The notes: generated by a model not told the origin, from the letters alone. A stretch of 32,000 nt of DNA from an uncultured delta proteobacterium (GCA_963760075.1 CAVXBQ010000003.1:1-32000), one strand, 5' to 3'; positions 19,901 to 28,531 are shown, numbered from the stretch's first letter. A program made the numbers and translations.

Positions 19901-20206
19901 ATGCAAAAGTGCCTTACAAAGCAATTCTTGTTCTCAGAAACTTCAGGGTGTCTAGTAGAAAAGCCAGAGTGCCGTTTCGCGCATAAATTTGGTTTTAGTT
20001 TTGTGTGCCGCCATCCTGATCATTCAAAATTTCACGCACACACTGTGGGGGCATTAACATGCGATGGTGCGCTTGAAATGTACAATTTGTTGAGACGTAA
20101 ACGGCGCGACGAATTTACGGCAACCCTTGATGAAAGCGGCAGAAGATTTTTCTGCCATGAGGTAGACTTCTTCGGTGACGCTCCAGTAAACATGGATAAC
20201 TTTTGA
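19901..20206 (+). CDS. Small Cys-rich protein, HPDH-motif family member A
   Basis: AGGAAAGG RBS. The motif is C-x6-C-RF-x9-CRHPDHSKF. It is paralogous to 20662-20871 and 29090-29299. Confidence 0.65.
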   Translation: MQKCLTKQFLFSETSGCLVEKPECRFAHKFGFSFVCRHPDHSKFHAHTVGALTCDGALEMYNLLRRKRRDEFTATLDESGRRFFCHEVDFFGDAPVNMDNF

Positions 20207-20403
20207 TGATTATTGTCTCACGAAATATACTCTAATTTAGGCTGAGAGCAATGTAACAAAACAATTTACCCCTTCTCAACTCCGGCTCAATAGTGTTCTG
20301 CTATGGTGTCTACATTGGAGGATGAATCGTTAAGCCGATTGCCTGCCGGTAATACGAGTAAACTCTACAAAATCTTATGATAATTAGGCGCTAGGAGATC
20401 AAA

Positions 20404-20613
20404 ATGTTTGTTGATAACTTGTTGGATGATTCAAGCATGGCTCATAGAATTGAGGCTTTTTGCAATGCCCTTGAACTGGTTGGGGGTATGGATATTACAC
20501 CGGTGCGTGGCGAAAGCTGGTTTGATGATCTGTATGACATGGATTATGATGGACCGGAAGACGAGACGCAGAATGGTGAAAGTTGGATGGATGACTTGGA
20601 TGAAGCTGCCTAA
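20404..20613 (+). CDS. Highly acidic 69-aa protein
   Basis: AGGAG RBS. By my count it has 20 Asp/Glu versus 2 Arg. The motif GESW[FM]DDL occurs twice. Confidence 0.65.
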   Translation: MFVDNLLDDSSMAHRIEAFCNALELVGGMDITPVRGESWFDDLYDMDYDGPEDETQNGESWMDDLDEAA

Positions 20614-20661
20614 CTGGTTGTTGGTACCCTCTCGAGAGTTGTTAGATGAGAACGGTAAATC

Positions 20662-20871
20662 ATGAAACCTGATACAGATTGTTACGTTCAACCGCTTGGT
20701 ACAAGCGATTTTTATGCATGCAAGTCGAAGGACATATCTACGAATGAATGTCCCTATTTAATGTTCTGTGGTCTAGAAGATAACGTTTGCACCAATCCTG
20801 ACCGGCACAACATTCCCAATATTAACTCATCTCACACAATTCAAGACGGCTCGATAAAGGACATTTTTTGA
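20662..20871 (+). CDS. Small Cys-rich protein, HPDH-motif family member B (divergent)
   Basis: The segment C-x9-C-PY-x10-CTNPDRH aligns with members A and C. Confidence 0.55.
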   Translation: MKPDTDCYVQPLGTSDFYACKSKDISTNECPYLMFCGLEDNVCTNPDRHNIPNINSSHTIQDGSIKDIF

Positions 20872-20980
20872 CATCATAATTGTGCATATGCCCTTTGTAG
20901 GGTTATTTGGAATGCATGGGTAGCCTTTTTCCGTAATTGATTGACCAGATGGCAAACAATAACAGCTAAATGGAGTGGTC

Positions 20981-21262
20981 ATGCACACTTTTGTCGAATT
21001 AATAATAATTGTTATTCTGCTTATATTTTGCGTCCAGATGTACTTTTTCTCAGTAAACAGCAAGGGTACACAGAGACAGGACAGGTGTCTGAGACTCGGA
21101 ATTGCATACATGACTATTGGTATCGTCGCATTGGTATTCAAAACAGCTTCTATCGTATCTTTCGGACTTGTTATGATGATGTTCGGTTTTAGTCTGATAG
21201 CCAAAGGTCTTGATAGATTGAATAAGAGTATTTATATCGACCAACTTGAGGATGATTTGTAG
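20981..21262 (+). CDS. Small integral membrane protein
   Basis: Three hydrophobic segments (ELIIIVILLIFCVQMYFF, LGIAYMTIGIVALVF, IVSFGLVMMMFGFSLIA). GGAG lies 5 nt upstream of the ATG. Confidence 0.6.
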   Translation: MHTFVELIIIVILLIFCVQMYFFSVNSKGTQRQDRCLRLGIAYMTIGIVALVFKTASIVSFGLVMMMFGFSLIAKGLDRLNKSIYIDQLEDDL

Positions 21263-21541
21263 GTTTACTCTACTATCGGCTGCAACATACATTGATTACA
21301 TCTCCTCTGAGATTAAACGAAAGGGGCATATGCGATAAAACACATGCCCCACAATTCGTCAGTTCTCAACTTTATCTACCAGTTCCCAACATTATTCTTT
21401 GCGAACACATCAGATCTCATTACCACTAGTTGTTTTGATGGAAGGAAAGATTAATGTCACCATTTGCTGTCAAAATTGCCACAGATATTCAAATCACAAA
21501 TTTTTATTTCTCAGAAAAAGCTGAGAAATTGGGAAAATTAT

Positions 21542-22468
21542 ATGCACAAGAAAATTCAAAACATGGCGGTATTCATTGAATTTATCGCCAGCTCCGGACT
21601 AGCAATATTCTTCCACCTCGTTCTCCACCATGCGGAAACTGCTTACGTCATCTTCGGTGTTGGAATCCTCCTGTCACTCGCCACATATCTCTTGCGGGAA
21701 GATATCGAACAAACACGAGAAAAACTTATTGATCAGTATAATCACGCCCATGAGATAACCTTTACTATTGCCAGAATTGTCGATCCAGAATGCCAGAACA
21801 AGGCTCACGAAATAGTGGCTGGGGCAAAACGGATGCTTGCGCTCTTGTTGCAAGGTTACGTCCCCCTCGACGAAACTGAATTCTACATGAAAGGGGCTAA
21901 ATACTTTGATGAGAGCAATCACCGGGTCAAGGCGGTCGATCCGATGACGTCAGGCTGGGACAGCCGTGGTTCCCTCCTCAATTACTATCAGGCCAATCTA
22001 AGGGCTCTCGAGAGGGGGGTATTGGTTACACGCATCTTTGTTCTCAATCAGGGCGATATTGAGGACAAAGAGGTGCAGAAGGTTCTTCTCATCCAGTTGC
22101 GAGACGGTGTCGAAGTGCGCATCGCTTATCGCGACGAACTTCCGGCAGCGAGCGAAATCTCCGGTCGGGATTCTGCCGGTTCCTTTGACTTCGCAATCTA
22201 TGACAATAAAGTAGCAACAGAGGTTTTCATCAATCCGGGGAAGTATTTTGGTCGTAAGACCCGCGAGCCGGCTCTAATTGGTAATTATCAGCGTTTCTAC
22301 GATTTGATTGAGCACAGCTCTCACACCGTTGTGTTAGAAAACGACCGTATCGTCCTTGCTGCCTGCTCCTGCGTAATACCTCGTAATGATTCGCAGCTCA
22401 GTGGACTTTCTCCCCGTAAACAGGACCCGTCTCAGCGGAGAACATCAGTTGTCATCGTACCAGCCTAA
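21542..22468 (+). CDS. Membrane-anchored hypothetical protein
   Basis: Two N-terminal TM segments followed by a soluble domain of about 240 aa (LVTRIFVLNQGD ... VEVRIAYRDELP ... FDFAIYDNKV). I recognise no family. The start is chosen at the ATG before the TM region; the ORF track starts at 21464. Confidence 0.6.
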   Translation: MHKKIQNMAVFIEFIASSGLAIFFHLVLHHAETAYVIFGVGILLSLATYLLREDIEQTREKLIDQYNHAHEITFTIARIVDPECQNKAHEIVAGAKRMLALLLQGYVPLDETEFYMKGAKYFDESNHRVKAVDPMTSGWDSRGSLLNYYQANLRALERGVLVTRIFVLNQGDIEDKEVQKVLLIQLRDGVEVRIAYRDELPAASEISGRDSAGSFDFAIYDNKVATEVFINPGKYFGRKTREPALIGNYQRFYDLIEHSSHTVVLENDRIVLAACSCVIPRNDSQLSGLSPRKQDPSQRRTSVVIVPA

Positions 22469-22594
22469 GCAACTACAGGTCTTGAGTTTAGTAGTTGTGA
22501 CCGGAGTTTCAAGAAATTTTCAAGCCTACGACTCCAATCTTGATTTGGGCCTCCGGTGGGTGAGTGCACAATCTTAAGGTTGCCTAATTCCAAT

Positions 22595-22740
22595 AAAACA
22601 GGAAAATAGATGTCTATGAAGCACAGGGATATACGTCAATGGGAAGTCCAATAAAGGAATGTGAATGAGGTTATCTGGAGGTTGATACCTCTCAATGAAG
22701 GTAAACATTACATGGACATAATAAAGTATGAACACCAATA
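22595..22740 (-). repeat. Copy 2 of the ~146-bp inverted repeat pair
   Basis: The reverse complement aligns with 6209-6355 (see copy 1). Confidence 0.8.
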
Positions 22741-22870
22741 GGCCTAAGGCTAATTGCCCTCTAGTCACAGAGAAATAATCAATAAATATTTCAAAAAGTT
22801 GTGACAGGTTTTGTGTTTTATCAACTGAGATCTTAAGTCTGCAAGCAGGTCGCTAAGGAGAATAAATAAT

Positions 22871-23179
22871 ATGAGATTAACTACTGTACTGCTTGCCACG
22901 TTTGTTGTGATTATTGGGTTACCTCTTTCCATTCTGGCAACGGAAACACCTGAAAATCTTGGTCCCGAAACAATCGAACTCAAGATGGGTAATTATACCT
23001 TGAACTTCCAACATCGAAAACATCAGATTTTGAATAATAATGAGTGCTTTCACTGTCACAAACCGCAAGAATGGAAAATTAAAAAATGGGACAAGGAAGT
23101 CGCTCACCAAGTATGTATCGCCTGCCACGATCTTAACGACAGAGGCCCGGTAGAATGCAAAGGGTGTCATAGGTCTTGA
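22871..23179 (+). CDS. Triheme cytochrome c7 (PpcA-like), periplasmic
   Basis: Signal peptide, three CxxCH motifs (CFHCH, CIACH, CKGCH) and FQHRKHQ / EVAHQ spacing like Geobacter PpcA-family cytochromes. AAGGAG RBS. Confidence 0.85.
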   Translation: MRLTTVLLATFVVIIGLPLSILATETPENLGPETIELKMGNYTLNFQHRKHQILNNNECFHCHKPQEWKIKKWDKEVAHQVCIACHDLNDRGPVECKGCHRS

Positions 23180-23232
23180 TTTTATAAATATCTAGTGACC
23201 CCGGGCCTGTAAAATAGTTTGTGTAAGAGGTG

Positions 23233-23358
23233 AAAATGGACTTCTGAAACAACTGACCAAGAGACTTTTAGAACGGGCAATGCAAGCTGAACTAACCGAG
23301 CATCTTGGTTACGAGAAACACGCTCCTCAAGCCAGGAACACTGGCAACTCCCGAAACG
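23233..23358 (+). pseudogene. IS256-family (mutator-type) transposase N-terminal remnant
   Basis: GLLKQLTKRLLERAMQAELTEHLGYEKHAPQARNTGNSRNG matches the conserved N-terminal region of IS256-family transposases. There is no start codon, and similarity is lost after about 42 codons. Confidence 0.75.
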
Positions 23359-23993
23359 GTGGCCACGTTCCTGCGCCTCATGCACGTCCTGAAGCCTTCC
23401 AGATTTATCTTTGCGAACTTTGCTTATCGACCAGGAGCAGAATTCCGCATTCCACCGCGAGTTACTCGACTTCTTGATTGAGAACCCTGTCCCAGCCATT
23501 GCTTTTGGCAAAAGGCCAATTTTTGTCAAAGTCCCAAAGCCAGCACGATTCGCCGTGTATAATTTGATTATCTTCCAAATGCAAGGGTCTGATCAAAACC
23601 TGGCAGATAAATATCTTCGGCAGGCTTATGTGATTATGGATGTTCTTAAGAAGGACATTCCACAGCGTTTGCGGGAGCAAAAAGTCAGCTCAGGCGAGAA
23701 ACCATGAATGGGGAGACTTAATAGAATCAGCTATAAAAACTATGTGTGAGAGAATGAAAAGGTAGCAGCAACCGCTCATAAATAGTACAAGGGGGAATAC
23801 ATGAAAATAGGAAGTATGTAGAAAGGTCATCCTTGCTCACTCCAGAAGAGAAACAGAGGTTCGGACTTATTGTTCACCAGTTGAGGAAGAAAGGCTTTAG
23901 CTTGAAGGCTGCTCAGGAGTTAGCATATAGTAGCGTTTTGTGCGAGGATATACCTATTGAGCCTACATGAAGGTAACGTGTGAAAAAAGGATA

Positions 23994-24506
23994 TTACTGT
24001 CCGACCAGAGTTGCCCCCTCCCCCTCTATCTCAATGAGTCTACTGCGTTCTGCAATAGCTCCTAGATGACCCTGATCATACTTTTCCATTTTTATAAACA
24101 AATCCGAAAGCCCATAATCACCATAGGTTATAATTGATTCAATATGTCGCTCTGCTAAATCCATTTCAATCACCAATGCCATTTCAAACACCTCTGATAA
24201 AGATAACTGACTTGTTTCTACTGCACGATGAATTGATTCCAGTTTATCTAATATTGCAATTAATTTTTTGTCTTTGAATTCAACGTCAACATTATCATGT
24301 ACCAGTTGGCTTGCCGCTAATTTAAATTGAGCAGAATGGTTGTCCTCGTCATTTGCGATCTTATGCCAAAGAGCTTCGATCTCGGGGGCATCAGAAAACA
24401 TCTGTTCAAAATGACGGTAAATATGAGCACATTTTTCCTCGATCAAACTACATGTATCAAGAATGTGTATTTTGTTGAGTGGTAACTTATCTGTGTTATT
24501 AGGCAT
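23994..24506 (-). CDS. Ferritin-like / rubrerythrin-family di-iron domain protein
   Basis: 170 aa, helical, with spaced E...ExxH-type motifs (EEKCAHIY, NDEDNHSAQF, EMDLAERH). Confidence 0.65.
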   Translation of the reverse strand: MPNNTDKLPLNKIHILDTCSLIEEKCAHIYRHFEQMFSDAPEIEALWHKIANDEDNHSAQFKLAASQLVHDNVDVEFKDKKLIAILDKLESIHRAVETSQLSLSEVFEMALVIEMDLAERHIESIITYGDYGLSDLFIKMEKYDQGHLGAIAERSRLIEIEGEGATLVGQ

Positions 24507-24792
24507 CCTAGCCTCCAGTAAAGTGTATTGAAAAGCTGGAAAATATACAGTATACCCCCTCTTGCAATATTTAAAGATTTATCCTCTGTCCCTGTGGCTA
24601 AAGTGAAAACTTCGGTACCTTCAATAAAAGGTCAAAGCTTCTATTCCAGCCGTTATAAAGAAAGCTGGTGTACCAGCCGTAAAAGTAAAAGCTGCTGTAC
24701 CTGCAAAGGTTGCTAAGAAGAAGTAGTCTGCTGAGATCGACACAATGGTATCGAACTTTCACATCTAAGCAAACAGCGCAGTAGTAGCATTA

Positions 24793-24906
24793 ATGCGTCA
24801 CTATCGACATGGTGCTTACCGAGTAATAAGAGATCCTGAAGGTGCCATTTCACTTTGGGCAATAGAAGAAGAGGCTATAGAGGTCATTAAGGAACTGAGG
24901 AAATAA
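24793..24906 (+). CDS. Possible 37-aa leader ORF coupled to the next gene
   Basis: MRHYRHGAYRVIRDPEGAISLWAIEEEAIEVIKELRK. Its TAA overlaps the ATG of the next gene (TAATG). It falls below the ORF-track threshold and has no other support. Confidence 0.3.
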   Translation: MRHYRHGAYRVIRDPEGAISLWAIEEEAIEVIKELRK

Positions 24907-25397
24907 TGCACATTAAAATATTAGCTATCGGAATCACTCTATTTCTTTGTCTAAATATACCTGCAATGGCAGAAATGTATAAAATTGAGAATCCAGCATC
25001 TAATATTGACAATCCAGCAAGTCGGATGGATAACCCAAATCCATTATCACCTCCTACGCAACCTATGCCACAGCCACCAGTGGAAAAAAATACTACTACA
25101 CCTATACCATCATCACAGGGCATAGAACGACCACATCCTAAACATCAATTCAAACATAATACCCCTCAAAATAGCTATCACTTCAAAACAGCTAACGAGT
25201 ATTTAGATGCAGTTAAAAAAACATTTAATCGTAAAAACTATCAGAAAGCACTTTCAATCACAGAGGAGGCTCTTGGACGCATAAGGTCCGGAACGCTTAA
25301 AGCCTCTAAGAAAACAAAGAATAAACTCAATGAGTACAGAGTATCTGGATATGAGTTTCTGAATAAAATGAAGAGTAAAGAGGTTAAAGAACCATGA
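24906..25397 (+). CDS. Secreted hypothetical protein
   Basis: Signal peptide (ILAIGITLFLCLNIPAMA), a Pro/Asn-rich linker containing a repeated NPAS[NR][IM]DNP motif, and a basic C-terminal domain. The stop overlaps the next start (ATGA). Confidence 0.65.
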   Translation: MHIKILAIGITLFLCLNIPAMAEMYKIENPASNIDNPASRMDNPNPLSPPTQPMPQPPVEKNTTTPIPSSQGIERPHPKHQFKHNTPQNSYHFKTANEYLDAVKKTFNRKNYQKALSITEEALGRIRSGTLKASKKTKNKLNEYRVSGYEFLNKMKSKEVKEP

Positions 25398-25702
25398 CCA
25401 AGGCTGATATTGCAGAACGCATACAATTTAATACTGGCATGACAAAGAAGGAATCTCTTGAGATATTGGAAGGCATCTTTACAATTGTGAAGACCACACT
25501 TGAGGCAGGTGAGAAGATTAAGATATGTGGCTTTGGGAACTTCGAGGTTAAGCAGAAGAAAGAGCGTAGAGGACGTAACCCACAGACAGCAGAAACCATT
25601 ACCATTGAAGCCAGGAAGATATTAAGCTTTAAGCCGAGCATGGTGCTAAGGTCTGCAATAAATGAAAACATTAATAACTCTTGTGCTCAATATGGTGAAT
25701 AA
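25394..25702 (+). CDS. HU/IHF-family DNA-binding protein, IHF-alpha-like
   Basis: MTKADIAERI...GFGNFEVKQKKERRGRNPQTAETITIEARKILSFKPS is collinear with IHF alpha (GFGNF...GRNP.T...F.P). Confidence 0.85.
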   Translation: MTKADIAERIQFNTGMTKKESLEILEGIFTIVKTTLEAGEKIKICGFGNFEVKQKKERRGRNPQTAETITIEARKILSFKPSMVLRSAINENINNSCAQYGE

Positions 25703-25703
25703 C

Positions 25704-26546
25704 ATGTCAGGACAGGTAGTTACAAAAGCCATAAAAAACCTTATACTTTCTCAACCTATTGACATTCCAGTCTTTCATGAAGTGGCCTTGCGTTTGCTGC
25801 AAATGATGAATGACCACTCATATAGAATTGAAGAAGCAATAACATTAGTCAATGAAGACACAGCATTAGCTTCTTTAATGCTTAGATACGCTAATAGTAC
25901 TTATAATTCAGGTAAAACGCCAATTACTACAATAAAGAATGCAATCGTTAGGCTAGGCTCTCAACAGATCGTAAATCTCGCATTTACAGCAAGCATGGCA
26001 AATAGTAAATCTGACAATCCAGTTATAAACACATATATAAAAAATCTTTGGCATCATAGTCATGCTGTAGCTATTACGAGTGCATGGTTGGCAGTACAGG
26101 TAAGGCATGACAACAAAATACCCGATATAAATACTGATGAAGTATATTTGGCTGGATTATTTCATGATATTGGGAAGTTGTACTTATTGAAGTCAATGGA
26201 TAGATTTATTAAAGCTGAACTATTGCAGGCTGATAACGGTTTAATAGATGAATTTATTGAGGAACTTAGTATTCAGCAAGGCATAAGAGTAATGCAGTAT
26301 CTGAACATTCCAAAAATATATTCAAATTCGGTAGAAAGACATATCACAAATAATTGGAAGTGTGGAACAAATGATAATTTAGTAGCTGCTGTCAGATTGG
26401 CCTGTAAAATTCATCATTATATTGAGCAAGGAATTGAAGTAACAGAAACTGGTGAAGAATTTGAACTGGTTAAAGATGAGTTATTCTTGTTAGATATAGA
26501 TGATGTAACTTATGTGTGTGATTTTGTAAAGTCTATATCTGGTTAG
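25704..26546 (+). CDS. HDOD-domain signalling protein
   Basis: PVFHEVALRLLQMM, AIVRLG and AGLFHDIGKLYLL are typical of HDOD. The start is chosen 1 nt after the IHF-like stop; the ORF track starts at 25662. Confidence 0.8.
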   Translation: MSGQVVTKAIKNLILSQPIDIPVFHEVALRLLQMMNDHSYRIEEAITLVNEDTALASLMLRYANSTYNSGKTPITTIKNAIVRLGSQQIVNLAFTASMANSKSDNPVINTYIKNLWHHSHAVAITSAWLAVQVRHDNKIPDINTDEVYLAGLFHDIGKLYLLKSMDRFIKAELLQADNGLIDEFIEELSIQQGIRVMQYLNIPKIYSNSVERHITNNWKCGTNDNLVAAVRLACKIHHYIEQGIEVTETGEEFELVKDELFLLDIDDVTYVCDFVKSISG

Positions 26547-26716
26547 TGAGCGTCTAAAAGCTTTAACCTACAAACACAGATGCCATATCAATTATGAGAT
26601 CACTTCGCCCTCTTATTCATATTCCCTACGAGCTTTAATATACATCCCCGAAGTTCAACATTCTTGATCTTCCTGAATGCCTGTAGCAACTGGTCCTCTT
26701 CACCAGTAAGCCTCAC

Positions 26717-26911
26717 ATGCTGCGTAGGAACTGTACGTTCTATCAATTAACAGCAGCAATGGGACTCAATGCCTTCATGGTGCCAGAACCAGATCCAATC
26801 AATTCTATATGTCTGCTCAATAACAAAGAAATACGCGAATACCTGGGCAACAAATGGGAGGGTATGAATCCACTAGCAATAGTCAAGCAGCTAATCAACT
26901 ACCTGTACTGA
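26717..26911 (+). CDS. Small protein, P-family copy 2 (N-terminally diverged)
   Basis: The C-terminal EPDPINSICLLNNKEIREYLGNKWEGMNPLAIVKQLINYLY is near-identical at DNA level to 28395-28517. The true start may be ATG 26759. Confidence 0.5.
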   Translation: MLRRNCTFYQLTAAMGLNAFMVPEPDPINSICLLNNKEIREYLGNKWEGMNPLAIVKQLINYLY

Positions 26912-26949
26912 ATGGCATAAAATATGTGTCCGAGCGGATAACGTGGGAA

Positions 26950-27342
26950 CTATCGGTCAATGTATGGCGATATGAGGTCATCGAATTCATCAGCAGACTT
27001 GCACTTCGTTTTTCCAACCCAACAATCTGAACTCTGCGAATCAATATAGCTGACGAAACCAATTATCTTGCTATCAGAAACACTGTAGAGATAGATCGTA
27101 GCATGGACTTTCCCATCATTCTGATGCTGATAAAATGCAGCACGAGCAAAGCATCCTGCAAGTTTTTTACTGTAATGGATATTACTAGAGAAGGGTTTAC
27201 CAATGCGGTTGATCAGTTCATAGCCATCATTGACACATTTGTCTTCAAGCGAAAGTGGGCTTTGTTGAGCATATGCAGTTGCAGACAGAGCTTGAACGAA
27301 AAGGAAAAACGAGAAAATTATGGTTGATTTCGCAGTTGTCAT
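26950..27342 (-). CDS. Secreted hypothetical protein
   Basis: Signal peptide (IIFSFFLFVQALSATAYA) and 4 Cys in the mature part. It is the last gene of a four-gene minus-strand cluster. Confidence 0.65.
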   Translation of the reverse strand: MTTAKSTIIFSFFLFVQALSATAYAQQSPLSLEDKCVNDGYELINRIGKPFSSNIHYSKKLAGCFARAAFYQHQNDGKVHATIYLYSVSDSKIIGFVSYIDSQSSDCWVGKTKCKSADEFDDLISPYIDR

Positions 27343-27395
27343 AAGCCAGGTCCTTTAAGATGTACCCAATGACTGCCATTACATATGCAGACTGG

Positions 27396-27737
27396 TTATA
27401 CGTACAGGTTTACTATCCCAGAAGAACTTTCGGCAGTCGTATTTTTCTTATGTGCCGCTTTTTGAGATGGTTTAGCCTTACTCTTACTGTTGCCCATATC
27501 TTTTTTCTCAGAATCCTTTTGAACAGATGTCTCATTGGTATTGGTAGCAGATTTGGTATCACTGGAACTTTTCAACAATTTACCAAATATTTGGCTGGCA
27601 AATGTTGGTGCTGACCCTTTAGTAGCATTAGTTTGTTGTGCCGTTTGGTTGGCTTTGCTTTTGTGTCCGCCTCCCGATTTATGGGCAGCTTGAGTCTGAT
27701 CGGGAACAGGTGGTATCTGAATTAGTGCTACTGACAT
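27396..27737 (-). CDS. Low-complexity Lys/Ser/Thr-rich (probably disordered) protein
   Basis: 113 aa, biased composition, in an operon with the IHF-beta-like gene. Confidence 0.5.
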   Translation of the reverse strand: MSVALIQIPPVPDQTQAAHKSGGGHKSKANQTAQQTNATKGSAPTFASQIFGKLLKSSSDTKSATNTNETSVQKDSEKKDMGNSKSKAKPSQKAAHKKNTTAESSSGIVNLYV

Positions 27738-27758
27738 AGAACAGGCTCCTCCTACGTT

Positions 27759-28061
27759 CTATTCAACATGTAACTGCTCTCTGCCACTCTCCAGAATCCG
27801 ATCTCTTAGATCCTTACCAACCTTGAAGAATGGACGCTTTTTAGCAACAACAGTAACTTCATTACCTGTCTTAGGATTCCTACCTGTACGGCCATCATAG
27901 TCTCGAATCTGAAAACTACCAAAACCTCTTAACTCAATTCCATCACCAGCAACAAGGGATTCAGACATACTGACAAATACTTCGAGAATAATAGTCTCAG
28001 CAGTTTCCATGTTGAGGTTTTTACTCTTAGCCAGCATTTCTATCAATTCAGATCTTGTCAT
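27759..28061 (-). CDS. HU/IHF-family DNA-binding protein, IHF-beta-like
   Basis: MTRSELIEML...IELRGFGSFQIRDYDGRTGRNPKTGNEVTVVAKKRPFFKVGKDLRDRI is collinear with IHF beta. Confidence 0.85.
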   Translation of the reverse strand: MTRSELIEMLAKSKNLNMETAETIILEVFVSMSESLVAGDGIELRGFGSFQIRDYDGRTGRNPKTGNEVTVVAKKRPFFKVGKDLRDRILESGREQLHVE

Positions 28062-28213
28062 AAATCCCTCTCCGCAAGTGCAATTACCCGCTTAGACCAC
28101 TCAATAGCCCGATAGTAGCGTTCTATTTGTTCAGCAGAAGTATGCTTGCCATTGGTCATATCCAACGATGCCTCTTGCAATTCCTTCAATGCCGCCAGTA
28201 GATCATCTTCCAT
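28058..28213 (-). CDS. Small helical hypothetical protein
   Basis: MEDDLLAALKELQEASLDM...RVIALAERDL. The stop overlaps the IHF-beta-like start (ATGA). The start is uncertain; the ORF track gives TTG 28279. Confidence 0.45.
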   Translation of the reverse strand: MEDDLLAALKELQEASLDMTNGKHTSAEQIERYYRAIEWSKRVIALAERDL

Positions 28214-28305
28214 CAGTGTCACAGCTAACCTCCATAAAATCAGAATGCTATCTAGCACAACAAATCCATTCAAGTCCAAGACTTTATTAAGAAAGGAGTA
28301 TTACC

Positions 28306-28517
28306 ATGACGCTACACACCCTATTCGGAACTAACGTAACAAAGCCACAGAAGATCCAGCTTAAACAGATCAAAGCAGTGTATGAGGTGTCAGAGCCTGA
28401 TCCAATAAATTCAGTATGCCTGCATAACAACAGGAAATACGGGAATACCTGAGCAACAAATGGGAGGGCATGAAACCAGTATCGATGGTGAAGCAACTAA
28501 TCAACTACCTATATTGA
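28306..28517 (+). pseudogene. Small protein, P-family copy 1, 1-nt frameshift
   Basis: AAGGAG RBS. MTLHTLFGTNVTKPQKIQLKQIKAVYEVSEPDPINSVCLHNN then stops at 28450-28452. The conserved tail EYLSNKWEGMKPVSMVKQLINYLY continues in another frame to 28517. Alignment with copy 2 shows one missing nucleotide near 28425-28432. Confidence 0.6.
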
Positions 28518-28531
28518 AAGGAGGGAACACC

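Noticed and set aside
21323-21350. A hairpin, GGGGCATATG-loop-CACATGCCCC, downstream of the small membrane protein gene
   Set aside because: It has a 9-bp stem with one mismatch but no U-tract on the plus strand and only a weak one on the minus strand. That is insufficient to call an intrinsic terminator.
22791-22810. TCAAAAAGTTGTGACAGGTT resembles the 20-bp end repeat and might mark an internal transposon end
   Set aside because: Only about 10 contiguous nt match, the orientation does not fit an inverted copy of the left end, there is no terminal TGT and no neighbouring repeats. It is probably chance in AT-rich DNA.
23411-23707. A 98-aa ORF and a ~50-codon frame at 23826-23970 (…TPEEKQRFGLIVHQLRKKGFSLKAAQELAY…)
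   Set aside because: Both read like protein fragments but lack convincing starts, and they lie in a zone with an IS remnant. I treat them as probable gene debris rather than annotating them as CDS.
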